NCBI GenBank assembly: GCA_963777955.1
Contig: CAVZSQ010000022.1
Coordinates: forward strand, 64,001-128,000
Source of the DNA: Calditrichia bacterium
GTDB lineage: Bacteria; Calditrichota; Calditrichia; JAJRVZ01
DNA length: 64,000 bases
Reading direction: 5' to 3'
Positions within the stretch are counted from its first letter, which is position 1. Each line of letters starts with the position of its first letter. Below the pieces are notes generated by a model that saw nothing but the letters and a program-made list of their open reading frames with translations, was not told the origin of the DNA and did no database searches. Position numbers and translations under genes: made by a program. Shown one piece after another: positions 10,565 through 22,027 of this stretch.

Positions 10565-11915
10565 CGGCCGCACACCTCGTCGACCGCCTCGGCCGAGCAC
10601 GTCGACGATGCGCTCGATCTCGTCGGGCGTGAAGGTGAGCGGCGGCATGAGCACGATGACGTCGCCGAGCGGCCGCAGCAGCACGCCCGCGGCGCACCGC
10701 CGCGGCGCACACGAGCCGGCCCCAGCGCAGGCCGTCGGTGGGCGGGTCGAGCTCGACGCCGCTCATCAGGCCCCGGCGGCGAACGTCGCCCACCACGGCG
10801 GGTCGTTCGCCGGCGAACTTCTCGAGCAGCGCACCGAGCTGGGTGGCCCGCTCGCGCACGTTGGCGAGCACGTCCCACTCGTCGAACAGCTCGAGGTGGC
10901 GGAGCGCCACCGCGGCGGCGAGGGCGTTCCCGCAGTAGGAGTGCCCGTGGTAGAGCGTGCGCTCGCTCAGGTCGGGGCCGAGGAAGGCGTCGTAGACCCG
11001 ACGGCTGGCGACGGTCGCCGACATGGCGAGGTAGCCGCCGGTGAGGCCCTTGCCGATGGTCATGAGGTCGGGGCGCACGCCGCACTGCTCGGAGGCGAAG
11101 AGCGTGCCGGTGCGGCCGAAGCCGGTGGCGACCTCGTCGCAGATGAGCAGCACGTCGTGCTCGCGGCAGGCGTCGGCCGACGCGCGCGACGCGACTGGGG
11201 GTCGGCGACCCGCATGCCGGCCGCGCCCTGCACCAGCGGCTCGATGACGACGGCGGCGAGCTCGTCGGCGTGGGCGGCGATCAGCGCGCAGGCCGTGTCG
11301 GCCCAGCCGTCGGGTCGTCGAAGCCGGGCGCGCGCAGCACGGGGAAGCGCAGCGGGTCGAACACGTCGGTGCCGAAGCCGCCGTCGCCGACCGAGAGCCG
11401 CCGATCGTGTCGCCGTGGTACGCGCCGCCGAACGCGAGGTAGCGGGTGCGGCCGGTGACGCCCTGGTTGGTCCAGTACTGGAAGGCGATCTTGAGCGCCT
11501 GCTCGACGGCGGCGGCGCCGTCGGAGGCGAACAGGAAGTGCGGCTCGTCGACCGGCACCCGCGGCGCCAGCGCCTCGGCCAGCTCGATGATGGCCCGGTT
11601 GCCGTTGCCGAGCAGGGTCGTGTGGGCGACCCGGTCGAGCTGCTCGCGGGCGGCCTGGTCGAGCTCGGGCACCCGGTGGCCGAGGGTGGTGACCCACAGC
11701 GACGAGATGGCGTCGAGGTAGCGGCGGCCGTCGACGTCGATGAGCTCGTGGCCGTCGGCCGACTCGACGATCACCGGCTGGTTCTCGGCGTAGCACGACA
11801 TCTGGGTGAAGCCGTGCCACACGACGGCGGCGTCGCGGTCGACCCAACGCTGATGGGCGCTGGTGAGGTGGGCCCCGGTCGTGGCAGGGGTCTGGTCGCC
11901 GGTCGTCACCCTCAC
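10561..11915 (-). CDS. bioA: Adenosylmethionine-8-amino-7-oxononanoate aminotransferase, frameshifted
   Basis: VWHGFTQM, YLDAISSLWV, AVEQALKIAFQYW, YHGDT, DEVATGFGRTG, GKGLTGGYL, HGHSY, LRPLGD. Confidence 0.9.
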
Positions 11916-13040
11916 AGCTTCGCGCCGGTGGCCTCCGACCGGCGCCGGCGGCGCCACTCGTCGATGCGCAGGGCCATCGGGGTGGAGGGCGGGCCGTCGA
12001 CGAAGGGCCACAGCTCCTCGGCGATGCGCCGCCAGTTCCCGGTGGCCTCGAGCTCGCCGAAGATGGCGTAGAGCCCCAGGTTGATGCGCTGGATGATCAC
12101 GAAGCTCTGGGGGACGTTGGCCGCCTTCTGCATCGTGGCGTAGGGGCCCGACGTGTCGAAGAAGCGGCGCACGGTCTCCGCCGCGTACTCGTGGGTGATC
12201 GTGTAGGGCCCGTCGACGCGGACGAAGTCGTAGAAGTGGCCGAGGTAGTCGGCGACCTCGTCGTCGGTGACGGGCAGGCCGGCCGGCAGCAGCCCGATCC
12301 GCTCGACCGTGGCCCGGAACGCCGCCGGGTCGTGCTCGAGCACCATGTGCCGGATCATCTCGTCGAAGTCGTCGAGCTCGTCCTGGGTGAAGTGCTTCAC
12401 CAGGCCGAAGTCGAGGAAGGTGACCCGGCCGCCGGGGTGGAACAGGTAGTTGCCCGGGTGGGGGTCGCCGTTGAAGGCCCGCAGGCGGTAGAGGCTGCCG
12501 AAGGCGAAGCGGTAGAGGGTCTCGGCGGCCAGGTCCTTCTCGTCCTGGGGCCAGGTGAGCAGCTCGTCCCAGCGCACGCCGTCGGAGAGCTCGGTGGTGA
12601 GCACCCGGCGGGTCGAGAGGTCGGGCACCACCGCGGGCACGTGGATCGTGGGATGGCCGTCGTAGGCCTGGGCGAACACCTGCTGGTGGCGGGCCTCGGC
12701 GCGGTAGTCGAGCTCCTCGACCAGGCGCTCGCGCAGCTCGGCCACGAGCGACTTGGGGTCGAGGCCCGGGAACAGCTGGCCGAGCCCGCCGAAGAGCAGG
12801 CCGGCGTTGTCGAGGTCGGCGGCGACGGCCTCGGCGACCCCCGGGTACTGCACCTTCACCGCCACGGCCCGGCCGTCGTGGGTGATGGCCCGGTGGACCT
12901 GGCCGATCGACGCCGAGGCGATCGGCACGGGGTCCCACTCGGCGAAGACCTCGTCGGGCTCGCCGCCGAGCTCCTGGCGGATCACCCCGGCGGCCAGCTC
13001 GGCGCTCATCGGCGGGGCGTTGTGCTGGAGCTCGGCCACG
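11912..13040 (-). CDS. ABC1/AarF/UbiB family kinase, 5'-truncated at the junction
   Basis: ELQHNAPPM, PIASASIGQVHRA, VAVKVQYPG, EELDY, NGDPHPGN, FLDFG. The apparent N-terminus at 13041-13147 is foreign sequence. Confidence 0.9.
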
Positions 13041-13050
13041 CTACCACCGG
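13035..13050. other. Junction between two unrelated genomes (chimera or concatenated contigs)
   Basis: Abrupt GC and codon-usage switch; the genes on both sides are 5'-truncated at the same point; no IS, att site or tRNA visible. Confidence 0.92.
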
Positions 13051-14326
13051 CAATGATGTCTGGCTGATTAAAACCAATGCCTCCGGAGATACACTCTGGA
13101 CCAGAACGTTCGGTGAAATCGGTTCGGATGGCGGTTATTCGGTTCAACAGACCGCGGACGGAGGATTTATTGTAACCGGGTCAAAAAGCACATTCGATGG
13201 CAACGGCAGTTATGTCTGGCTGATTAAAACCGATGCCGCCGGAGATACACTCTGGACCAAAACGTTTTGGGGATATTATTCTGGTAATGCTGGTCAGGCG
13301 GTACAGCAGACTGAAGATGAGGGATATGTCATTTCCGGATATACGGAGGCCTGGGACTACAGTAATGGCGAGGTCTGGCTAATCAAGACCGATTCCTCCG
13401 GTGATACACTGTGGACGAAAACTTTCGGAGGAAGTCAGAGGGAGTACGGCAATTCAATCCGGCAGACTGAAGATGATGGGTACATAATAGCCGGCTCGAC
13501 ACATTCATTCGGCGCCGGCAACTCTGATCTCTGGCTGATTAAAACCGATGCCCTGGGCGATACACTCTGGACCAGGACATATGGTGGAAGCAGCGTAGAT
13601 AGAGCATATTACATCCAGCAGACTGCAGATGCAGGGTATATCATCACCGGCTCGACACATTCATTCGGCGCGGGAAACTATGATGTTTGGTTGATTAAGA
13701 CAAATGCCTCTGGTGATACACTCTGGACCAGGACGTACGGAGGAAGAGGTGAGGATTGCGGTAATGCAGTCCAGCAGACTGATGATAAAGGTTATATCTT
13801 AAGCGGCTATACCTCTTCATTCCCCGCCGGTATCAGGGATGCCTGGTTGATTAAGACCGATGACGCCTCCGGGGATATAATCTGGACGAAAACATTCGGG
13901 GGAGGTGATCATGATGCCGGTTACGACGTCCGGCAGACGCCGGATGGAGGATATATCATAGCCGGTTATACCTCTTCATACGGTAGTGGCGGCTCTGATG
14001 TCTGGCTGATTAAAACCACCTCTGATGTTAATCCAATTTATGAAGATAACATCGACAATACTTCAGATTATGATTTACACCAAAACTATCCCAACCCCTT
14101 TAATCCATCCACTACTATTGAATTTGATATTCACTCGTCCGGATTTGTTTCATTGAAAGTGTATAACATAGTGGGTCAAGAAGTTGCGATATTAGTTAAT
14201 AAAGAATTATCCCAAGGGAATCATAAAGTAGAATGGAAACCAGAAAATCTATCAAGTGGACTATACTTCTATAAAGTGGAGACAACAGGATATCAGGAAA
14301 CGAAGAAACTCATACTAATGAAATAA
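13041..14326 (+). CDS. Secreted repeat protein (probable beta-propeller) with T9SS type A-like C-terminal domain, 5'-truncated
   Basis: Seven WLIKT-containing repeats of about 50 aa (DVWLIKTDxxGDTLWTRTFGG...QQT.DGGYII.G), then QNYPNPFNPST...SSGLYFY...KKLILMK. Confidence 0.85.
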
Positions 14327-14439
14327 AAAGTAATATCTATCTGACCTGTCTGCTGCCAGGCAGGCGCCGGCTGGCCCTGGTCAATAAAATCATCCAGGCC
14401 GAATTGTGGGAAAAATTAGTGGGAGATAGGGGTAAAGCA

Positions 14440-14632
14440 TTACACGGAGTTACACAAAGTAACACGGAGTTCCACAGAGAAAGAAAAATTCTGGTTTAGT
14501 AATAGGACTTCATTAATAAATGATTCAGTTTAAAAATCTTTAATATCCCATGCACGAATCATCAAATATTAATTACCAATCCTGATTAATTGCTCCGTGA
14601 AACTCCGTGCTCCTCAGTGGCTCTCCGTGTGA
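14440..14632 (+). repeat. CACGGAG-terminal inverted-repeat element, copy A
   Basis: Left arm of repeated (A)CACGGAG units, right arm of CTCCGTG units; core TTCTGGTTTAGTAATAGGACTTC shared with copies B and C. Confidence 0.8.
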
Positions 14633-14667
14633 CTATCTTCTTACTCGCTCTCCAATTTATTCAGCAT

Positions 14668-15741
14668 TCACGGCCTTGGATTTTTATGCTGTAAAAAGAA
14701 AACCTGCACATGGGCTTGATGCTGCGGACGCACCCACTCATCGCCATGATCTTTGTAAACCTGCATCTCCTTGACAAAAGCGAAGTCTTTCTCCAGTGAA
14801 AATTGATCCTGCACACTGTCGAGATCTTTCCCGTTTAAGGCAGCTTCTTTTGTGCCGTTCCACAGGTTCCTTATATATTCAAGGTGGGTAACTGCGCGTT
14901 CTCTCGTCCAGACATCACTCATATCGCAGATGACCCTTTCAACCGCATTTTTACCTTCCAGCAGCTCCTCAAGTATCGAGATCCAGCGTTCCACATCCAG
15001 TTCGGCATATTCATGGTAGGGATAAGGGGCCAGATGCTGGGCATGCAGAATAAAACCGGGTATAATTGCCAATTTCTCCTCCGGAATAACCACTACGGTC
15101 ATGCCGTTGTAATTTCCGGCCTTGCCAAACCAGATCAGTTTGAGCGTAAGATCACCCAGGTCAAGCGACATTCTATCGCTATAAACCAAGGTCGGTAAAA
15201 TCAGGGAAAAACCGGCCTCCAGCTCGTCGGCCCTGCGCTGGCAGGTCATGATCCACCGCTGCTCAATGCCGGCTTTATCCGAATCTTTTTCCAGAGTTTC
15301 CAGACGTTTACGTGCAGCATCGGCTTTCCGGCGCCACATGTCTGTAAGTTTCCTGATTTCCGCCTTAACTTCATCTTGCTTGCCCGTAAACTTATCCAAA
15401 AAACTGTCGTGACCGACGATACTGGTTTCTCCATAGGCTGCATTTCCGCCAAACATATCCAACCGATCCACCATGTTGATGGTATAGGCAAAATCATCCC
15501 GTTTGAAATATTTGACGATTTCTGCTTTATATTGCCGGGCGGTAATCTGGGACCAGAAGGTATCGAAAACAATCAGCCCCTTTTCTGAATTAATAACTAA
15601 TTGATCTTCTCCTCCTGCGGGATCATTCACAATGAATATTTTATCGGTAATGGCCCTGATCTGAAAGTCAGCGGCCAAAGCGAAATTGGAACCGATTATA
15701 TGCTGAATTATAAACAGTATAATCATAATTATTCTGTTCAT
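14668..15741 (-). CDS. Exported MBL-fold protein with degenerate metal-binding motif
   Basis: Signal peptide; GLIVFDT, YTINMVDRLDMFGGN (at the HxHxDH position), IVGH, PTLVYSDRMSLDLGDLTLKL; GGGAGG RBS before ATG 15741. Confidence 0.7.
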   Translation of the reverse strand: MNRIIMIILFIIQHIIGSNFALAADFQIRAITDKIFIVNDPAGGEDQLVINSEKGLIVFDTFWSQITARQYKAEIVKYFKRDDFAYTINMVDRLDMFGGNAAYGETSIVGHDSFLDKFTGKQDEVKAEIRKLTDMWRRKADAARKRLETLEKDSDKAGIEQRWIMTCQRRADELEAGFSLILPTLVYSDRMSLDLGDLTLKLIWFGKAGNYNGMTVVVIPEEKLAIIPGFILHAQHLAPYPYHEYAELDVERWISILEELLEGKNAVERVICDMSDVWTRERAVTHLEYIRNLWNGTKEAALNGKDLDSVQDQFSLEKDFAFVKEMQVYKDHGDEWVRPQHQAHVQVFFLQHKNPRP

Positions 15742-15883
15742 TGCTTGTCCCTCCCGGGTATTAGATAAATTTAAAATCAAGATCAATTCAACGTTTGTTC
15801 GTCTAACAGGTGTTATGTGCCTTAGATTACGGAAGGCGGGCGGAGAAAGTTTCAAATTCGTTTTGGGTGGTTGGGGGAAAGCA

Positions 15884-16082
15884 TCACACGGAGGGACACG
15901 GAGCAGGCACGGAGAAACACGGAGAAGATACTTATGGATTTGTAATTAATATTTTGATCAACAGTGCTTGGGAGTTTAGCATTCTTCATCCTAATCACTT
16001 ATTGACGAAGTCCTATCACCAAACCAGAAATATTTTTACTCCGCCGAAGGTCTCCGTGCTTGCTCCGTGTAACTCCGTGTAA
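15884..16082 (-). repeat. CACGGAG-terminal inverted-repeat element, copy B (inverted relative to A and C)
   Basis: Reverse complement carries TTTCTGGTTTGGTGATAGGACTTC...CCCAAGCAC...ATATTAATTAC, aligning to copy A. Confidence 0.8.
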
Positions 16083-16171
16083 CGCTTTTCCCTAACCTCC
16101 GGAAATTAATATTTCCCCTTTTTAGTTACTCAATTATATTATCATATGTAAACCAAAAAGGAGATTGTATC

Positions 16172-16687
16172 ATGTATAAATTAAGCATCCTGTTTTCAAT
16201 TCTATTCTTACTCCTCACGGTACCCCTGCTGGCCCAGGAGGAACCTGCCCAATCCATGACGCTCCCCCAGCCGCTTGACGACGCATTCCTTAAATGGATG
16301 GTCGGGGAGTGGAAGGGAACCACCAGTTCAAGCAACGGCATCACGGAAGATTATATGAACTGCGAAATGGAGATAGGTGGACAGTTCCTCTTCGCTACCT
16401 ACACGGCGAACTATGAAGGAAAACTGATGATGTCCGGCTTGGCTGTGCTGACCCTGGACAAGCAGGGTAACGATGTGAGCTACTGGATCGACTCCATGCG
16501 GGAGATGGGAACAGGCAAGGGCAGCCGGCAGGGGAATGTGTCGGTCGTGAAATGGCCCATGTACGGCGGGGAATACGTACGCACCACCGAAAAAGTCGAT
16601 GAAAATACCATGAAAGTCACCGGGGTGATGCTCATGCCCGACGGGAAGGAAATGAAATCGGAGACGTTGTTGAAAAGGATTAAGTAG
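16172..16687 (+). CDS. Exported DUF1579-like beta-barrel protein
   Basis: AGGAG RBS, signal peptide, LKWMVGEWKG, GGQFL, YWIDSM. Confidence 0.65.
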   Translation: MYKLSILFSILFLLLTVPLLAQEEPAQSMTLPQPLDDAFLKWMVGEWKGTTSSSNGITEDYMNCEMEIGGQFLFATYTANYEGKLMMSGLAVLTLDKQGNDVSYWIDSMREMGTGKGSRQGNVSVVKWPMYGGEYVRTTEKVDENTMKVTGVMLMPDGKEMKSETLLKRIK

Positions 16688-16696
16688 AGATTTATA

Positions 16697-16929
16697 TTAC
16701 ACGGAGTTCCACGAAGACCTTCGGCACGGAGACCTTCGGCGGAGATTAAAATTTCTGGATTAGTGATTAGATTTCATTACTGAGTGATAAAATTCAAGTT
16801 TTACATATGAATTGATAACTGTAATGTAACTGGTAATTACTAATTACTAATTACCAATTACTAATTATTAATTCCTAATATTTACCTCCGCCGAAGGTCT
16901 CCGTGTTTACTCTGTGGAACTCTGTGTAA
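16697..16929 (+). repeat. CACGGAG-terminal inverted-repeat element, copy C, with internal (AATTACT/C)n heptamers
   Basis: Same arms; core TTTCTGGATTAGTGATTAGATTTC; tandem AATTACT/AATTACC at about 16834-16870. Confidence 0.75.
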
Positions 16930-16947
16930 TTTTTTACCCTAAACCTC

Positions 16948-18481
16948 CTACTTCACCAATACCATCTTCCTCATCTGTACCCAATCATGCCCAACCTGCA
17001 ACCTGTAAAAATACACCCCGCTGGCCAGACCTGAGGCGTCAAATTGCACCATATGCTTACCAGCTGTCTGATTTCCGCTTACCAGTGTGGCCACTTCCTG
17101 TCCCAGTAGGTTATAGATTTTCAGAGTTGTTAAATTCAGGAATTTGGGAATTGTGGAATTGGAAGGTGGTGCTTGAATTAAAGGGATTGGGATAATTCTG
17201 ATTTAATTGGTATTTGGTTATTGGTGCTTGGTTATTCCCAACTTGGGTCGCGTAATCGCTTTCAAAAGCGCCGAGATCGGGTGCTGAACCTTTATATGGA
17301 TAGCCCAGATCCACACCGCCATCGATCAGATCGCTGCCCTCGTAGAGGTGCATGAAGGCGATCTCCGGTAAACTATTGCCGGCCTGGCGTGCGGTATCAG
17401 CCGACTCGCTGTCCAAACTCAGAAAATCACCGGCCGTGACTTCAAAAGGTGTAAGCCAGCTGTTAGTTTCCTGCACGGCAAAGGTTCCCAACTCGACATT
17501 GCCGTTATATGAAACACAATTTTTTACGGTCAGGGTCTGTCCGGGAACCAGCGCACGCTGAATTCTGTAATTGGACACCAGGTTGCCGTAACCGGTGCAA
17601 TTATATAAAGTCATTGATCCGAGATTGTTATTCTGATCGAATCCTTTACCTTTATTATTAAACGCCAGACAATTTATTAAAATAAAATGGTGCATCAGCG
17701 AATCGGCATTGCTGTTGTCGCCACCGCCCATCTTAAAGCCGTTACCGTTGGCCTGAATACCGGGATCCGAGCCGTCTTTCAGATAGCCGTTACCCCAGGT
17801 CCAGCAATTTTCCAGTGTGGTGGTTACGTCTGTAGCGCCGCGCATATAACCATCCCAACCATCGTCGCAATTGCCCCAGGCCCGGCAGCCGTAAAAATAG
17901 TTGCCGCTGCCGACGGTAAGCTTGGGCGCGAAACCGTCCGCATCCCCATAATCGGTCGGATCGGCATTATAGTAGGAATCGCAATTGATGATCCGGTTAT
18001 TGGCCGAACCGTTGCCCAACTGCAGCCCGCTGTCCCGGTTTTCGTAAAACTGGCAATTTTCGATAATATTATTGGAACCGAAGTCGATATTCATACCGTT
18101 ATCGCCGGCACCCTTGATCTGCAGTCCTTTAAAATGCCAGTAATTCGCTTTCAGAATGAAACCTCTTGAGCCGAACGCCTGTGCTGAAAAATCAAGAATA
18201 GGTACCTCGTCATTGTAGGCGGTCATGGTGAACATCAGCTCTAGAGTACCGCTTTTTACCGCGGTGATGGTTATGGTAGCAATCAGATTATATACACCGC
18301 CGCGGACATAAATCGTATCACCAGGTTGGGCAGCCGAAATTGCGGTGGGGAATGTGGCGTAGGCTGAATCTATGGTACCAGGATTGGTGTCCAGACCGTC
18401 AGGGGAAATGTATATTTGTGCATTGAGCAGAGTTGTGGTAATTAGTAAATAGTAATTAGTAATTATGAATTTTTTGAGCAT
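16948..18481 (-). CDS. Polysaccharide lyase family 9 (PelL-like pectate lyase) with T9SS type A-like CTD, frameshift near 17130
   Basis: PGDTIYVRGG, ENRDSGLQ, DADGFAPK, GNCDDGWD, NGNGFKMGG, GFDQNNN, APDLGAFE. The CTD resumes in another frame (TLKIYNLLGQEV...ASGVYFY...RKMVLVK*). Confidence 0.88.
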
Positions 18482-18497
18482 ACCAATTCCTTCTTCA

Positions 18498-18561
18498 TGA
18501 CCCTCCCCAGCCCCTCCCTTTCAGCCTCTGGGCTGAAAGGGAGGGGGTAGGGGGTGGGTTA
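18498..18561 (-). repeat. REP-like hairpin, copy 1
   Basis: TAACCCACCCC...CCCTTTCAGCC-loop-GGCTGAAAGGG...GAGGGTCA on the minus strand; begins at the stop codon of the upstream gene. Confidence 0.85.
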
Positions 18562-21500
18562 TTTCATCAACACCAGTTTCTTTACCGACACAAAATCACC
18601 CGCCGGTGATGCGGTAATAATAAATTCCACTGGCGTAGCCGCGGGCATTCCAATGGATGATGTAAGCACCGATATTGTGCCTGGCGTTGACCAATTCAGC
18701 GACCTGGCGGCCCATTACATCATACACCACCACAGTAACATCACTTTGTTTCGGAATGTCGTAGCGGATGGTCGTCGCAGGATTGAACGGATTCGGGTAG
18801 TTCTGGTAAAGGGCGAATACTTTCGGTATCTCGGCGGACGGTTCGGTTTCCACCGAGCTGGGATCGATCAGTAAACTTCCGCCTTCATATGAAATCGAAC
18901 CATTCGGTCCCAGGGTGAAAGGAATCGTATTATCAAATACGCCTTGTTTCAGATGCAACACGCCGTTAATGGTCGTTTCCTGGGATAATTTTACACCGGA
19001 TGTATCGTCGATGCTCAAATCGTTGACAATCACCGGCATCAGCATACCGGTAACCTGCGGCACGCTGGCGTGAAATATGTAATTGGCGCCGCTGCTCAGG
19101 GAATCTTTCCCCGTATTTTGCAGGGTGCTGTCCAGACCGCCGGGATTAGCCGTGGCCAGCGTCGCGCCTTCGTTCAATATAAACAGGCCTGCGCCGCCCA
19201 GTCTGATTAGAACTAAAATCCAGTATTGTACCGGAAGCGACTTCCAGGGGCAATCCTCCTCCGCCGTAGGTCATATTGTGGAGGGAGATGGTCTGTACTG
19301 TATCGCTGTTAAACACAAACCAGGCATTTTTGGTATTCGAGTTTTGTGTGGCGGCATTTGCCAATGATAAATTCCCTTCATGCAGATACCAGCGGGTGGA
19401 GCCGGAACCTTCGCCCTGCGATCCGCGGCAGACAGAAAGGTTTCCACCGGTAGCGATAACGTCACCGTATTGATGTACAATAATGGTCGTAAGGGCATTG
19501 CTTGTTCCATTTGAAGTAAATTGACCGCTCTCAACGACCACATCTCCCATGATAGTGAGTTCGGCCGTATCGCTGGCAACGGCTGAGGTCATCTGCCATC
19601 TGTAAGCGCCGGTATTAATCACATTTATGTCGCCACCGATGGTAATACCATTCCAGCTCATGTCGCGGTTGCGTCCGAGATTAGGTGTGTTAAAGGTGAC
19701 ATTATAGAAATTCTGATTGCGGTTGCCCGGCGCATCCTGAGTCGTGCCGGTCAGCAGCAATGTGGAACTTTCGTTCCAGGTGCCGTTCGGAATTTCTCCG
19801 CCGTTCTGCGCATGTTCGTAAACCGAGCCCGCATCAAAATCCAGTGTGGCGACGGCACTGAGAACACCTTTATTGACAACAGTACCTGCGACATTCCCCC
19901 CGCTGGTAGTTATACTCCCTGCGCTATCGATCTGCATAACTGAACCTGCCTCCACTTCCAAATCCGTGCAGACAAGGGTGTCGTTAAAGGTGACTCCGGC
20001 CGTATTGATTATGGTCAGCGTGCCTATGGAATCGGTTATGGATACTCCGGATATCTGTGCTGCAGTTCCGTTGAACGTGAAATTAGCTGCCAGGTTTATT
20101 GAGTCTTTACCTGTATTTTGCAGGGTGCTGTCCAGTCCGGCAGGATTTGCCGTGATCAGGGTTGCATTCTGATTCAGTATGAACATGCCTTCACCGTATA
20201 AATTGTTCAGGCCAAAATCAAGTGACGAACCCGTGGCGACCTCGATGGGCAGACCTCCGCCGGCATAGGTTACATTGGAGAGTGTTATCATTTGTACGGA
20301 ATCTTTATCAAAAACAAATTTAGCATTACCGGGGGTGGGATTGGAATTCTGTGTTGTGGCATCGGACAAAGAGAGATTCCCGTTATGCAGGTACCAGGTG
20401 GTTGTACCTGAACCGCTGCCCTGTGTTCCCCGGGAGACGGATAGATTTCCACCGGTGGCGATCACGTCGCCATACTGATGGACAATAATCGTTGTATTGG
20501 CATTGCTTGTTCCGTTGGTAGTAAACTGGCCCGCTTCAACGATCACGTCACCCATAATGTTAAACTCGGCAGTATTGTTTGCCGAGGCGGAGGTCATTTG
20601 CCATCTGAATGCACCGGTATTCAAAACCGTAATATCACCACCGATAGTATTACCAGTCCAGCCCATGTCGCGGTTGCGTCCAAGATTGGGTGTGTTGAAG
20701 GTGACATTGTAAAAATTCTGGATCCGGTTCGCCGGTGCATCCTGCAGGGTACCGGTCAATAAAAAGGTCGATCCCGCTTCCCAGATAGTCTGTCGGTATG
20801 CTACCCGCATCGCGGGCATGATCGTAAACCGAACCATTGGCAAAGGTCAATACGCCCATCGGATCAACGGCGCCGTGGTTGACCAGCAGGCCGTTGACAG
20901 TGAGATCTGTAGTTATTTGCATGACAGCAGTATCGGCAACTTCGAAATGGATTCCGCCTCCGCCGTAGGTTACATTATCGAAACTGACTTTCTGGGTGTC
21001 TTTCTTAGCAAAGACAAACTTTGCATTTCCTGCAGTCGGATTAGAGTTCTGTATGGTGGAATTGGCCAGGGACAAATTCCCGTTGTACAGAAACCAGGCG
21101 GTTGTACCCGAACCGCTTCCCTGCGAACCTCTGGCCAGGGAGAAGTTGCCACCGTTAACATCGATGTCGCCGTAGTGATTAACAATAAAAGTCGTATTGG
21201 CATTACTTGTTCCCTGTACGGCCAGGGCGCCGGATTCGACAATCACATTGACCCATTATGGTAAATTCAGCAGTATTGTTAGCCGAAGCCGAGGATAATT
21301 GCCATCTGTATGCTCCGGTACTGATTACCCTGATATCACCACCGACGGTATTTCCGTTCCAGCCCATATCGCGGTTGCGTCCAAGGTTTGGAGTATTGAA
21401 GGTAACATGATAAAAATCCTGGTTCCGGTTACCCGGAGCATCCTGCACAGTACCGGTCAAAAGCAGGGTTGATCCCTCGCTCCAGGTGGCTACGGGAAGG

Positions 21501-21847
21501 CTGCCAGCATCACGGGCATGTTCGTAGGTACTGCTATCTCCAAAATCCAGGGCAGCCGGTGGTGACTTCAAGGAGTGCCGTATCCTTTAGCAGGTTACAT
21601 ACCCGGTAATAGTCACGGCTCCATCCACAAGAACTGTATCTACTCCGTCAACAGTGATTATTTCTGTCCCGGTCGGAGCACTGCCGGCAGCAACCCAGTT
21701 CGATCCGTCGAATGTCTCCCAGGTGGCTGCAACGCTCCAGTTCCCGCTGGCCACAGAGCGGTAATCACCGGTTGCCTGTGAAAAAGCAAATACGGATAAC
21801 AACAAAACAAAGAATACTGCTAAAATTGCATGTTTTGGTATTCTCAT
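18559..21847 (-). CDS. Large secreted protein with three copies of an uncharacterised ~240-aa beta-rich module and a type A-like CTD, multiple frameshifts
   Basis: Signal peptide, ATGDYRS..SGNW, three copies of FYxVTFNTPNLGRNRDM.W...GGDI.V..TGA.RWQ...GTSNA...HxYGD...GGN.S..RGSQG, then QNYPNPFNPAT. Confidence 0.8.
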
Positions 21848-21902
21848 AAGGCTTCCTCCCTATTGGTTACTATTTTGTTTAGCATATGTATTCTAAAAAG
21901 AA

Positions 21903-22000
21903 ATTCCAAATTCCAAGCACCAATAACCAAAATTCAGTTCACTAATCCTTAAATTTTTTCTCCGTGGATCTTCGTGTCTTCTTCGTGTCACTCCGTGTAA
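21903..22000 (+). repeat. Right half of the CACGGAG element family
   Basis: TTCCAAGCAC...AATCCTTAAATTTTTTCTCCGTG...CTCCGTGTAA matches the right end of copy D. Confidence 0.65.
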
Positions 22001-22027
22001 TTTTAATTACCAGTTACAAATTACCAA

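Noticed and set aside
71..12938. Long Arg/Pro/Gly-rich overlapping ORFs (e.g. 7367-9637, 9408-12938, 4415-6028, 809-1897)
   Set aside because: Shadow frames of high-GC DNA, or frameshift-joined pieces of the real genes.
13050..14020. Regularly spaced TGGCTGATTAAAAC repeats as a CRISPR array
   Set aside because: They are in-frame protein repeats about 150 nt apart with synonymous variation; no cas genes are present.
12191..14326. 711-aa ORF as a novel fusion protein
   Set aside because: The N-terminal part is the antisense of the ABC1 kinase read through the chimeric junction.
15810..16082. 90-aa ORF and similar small ORFs over repeat elements (26330-26512, 62620-62814)
   Set aside because: They are translations of the palindromic repeats with no RBS or protein-like features.
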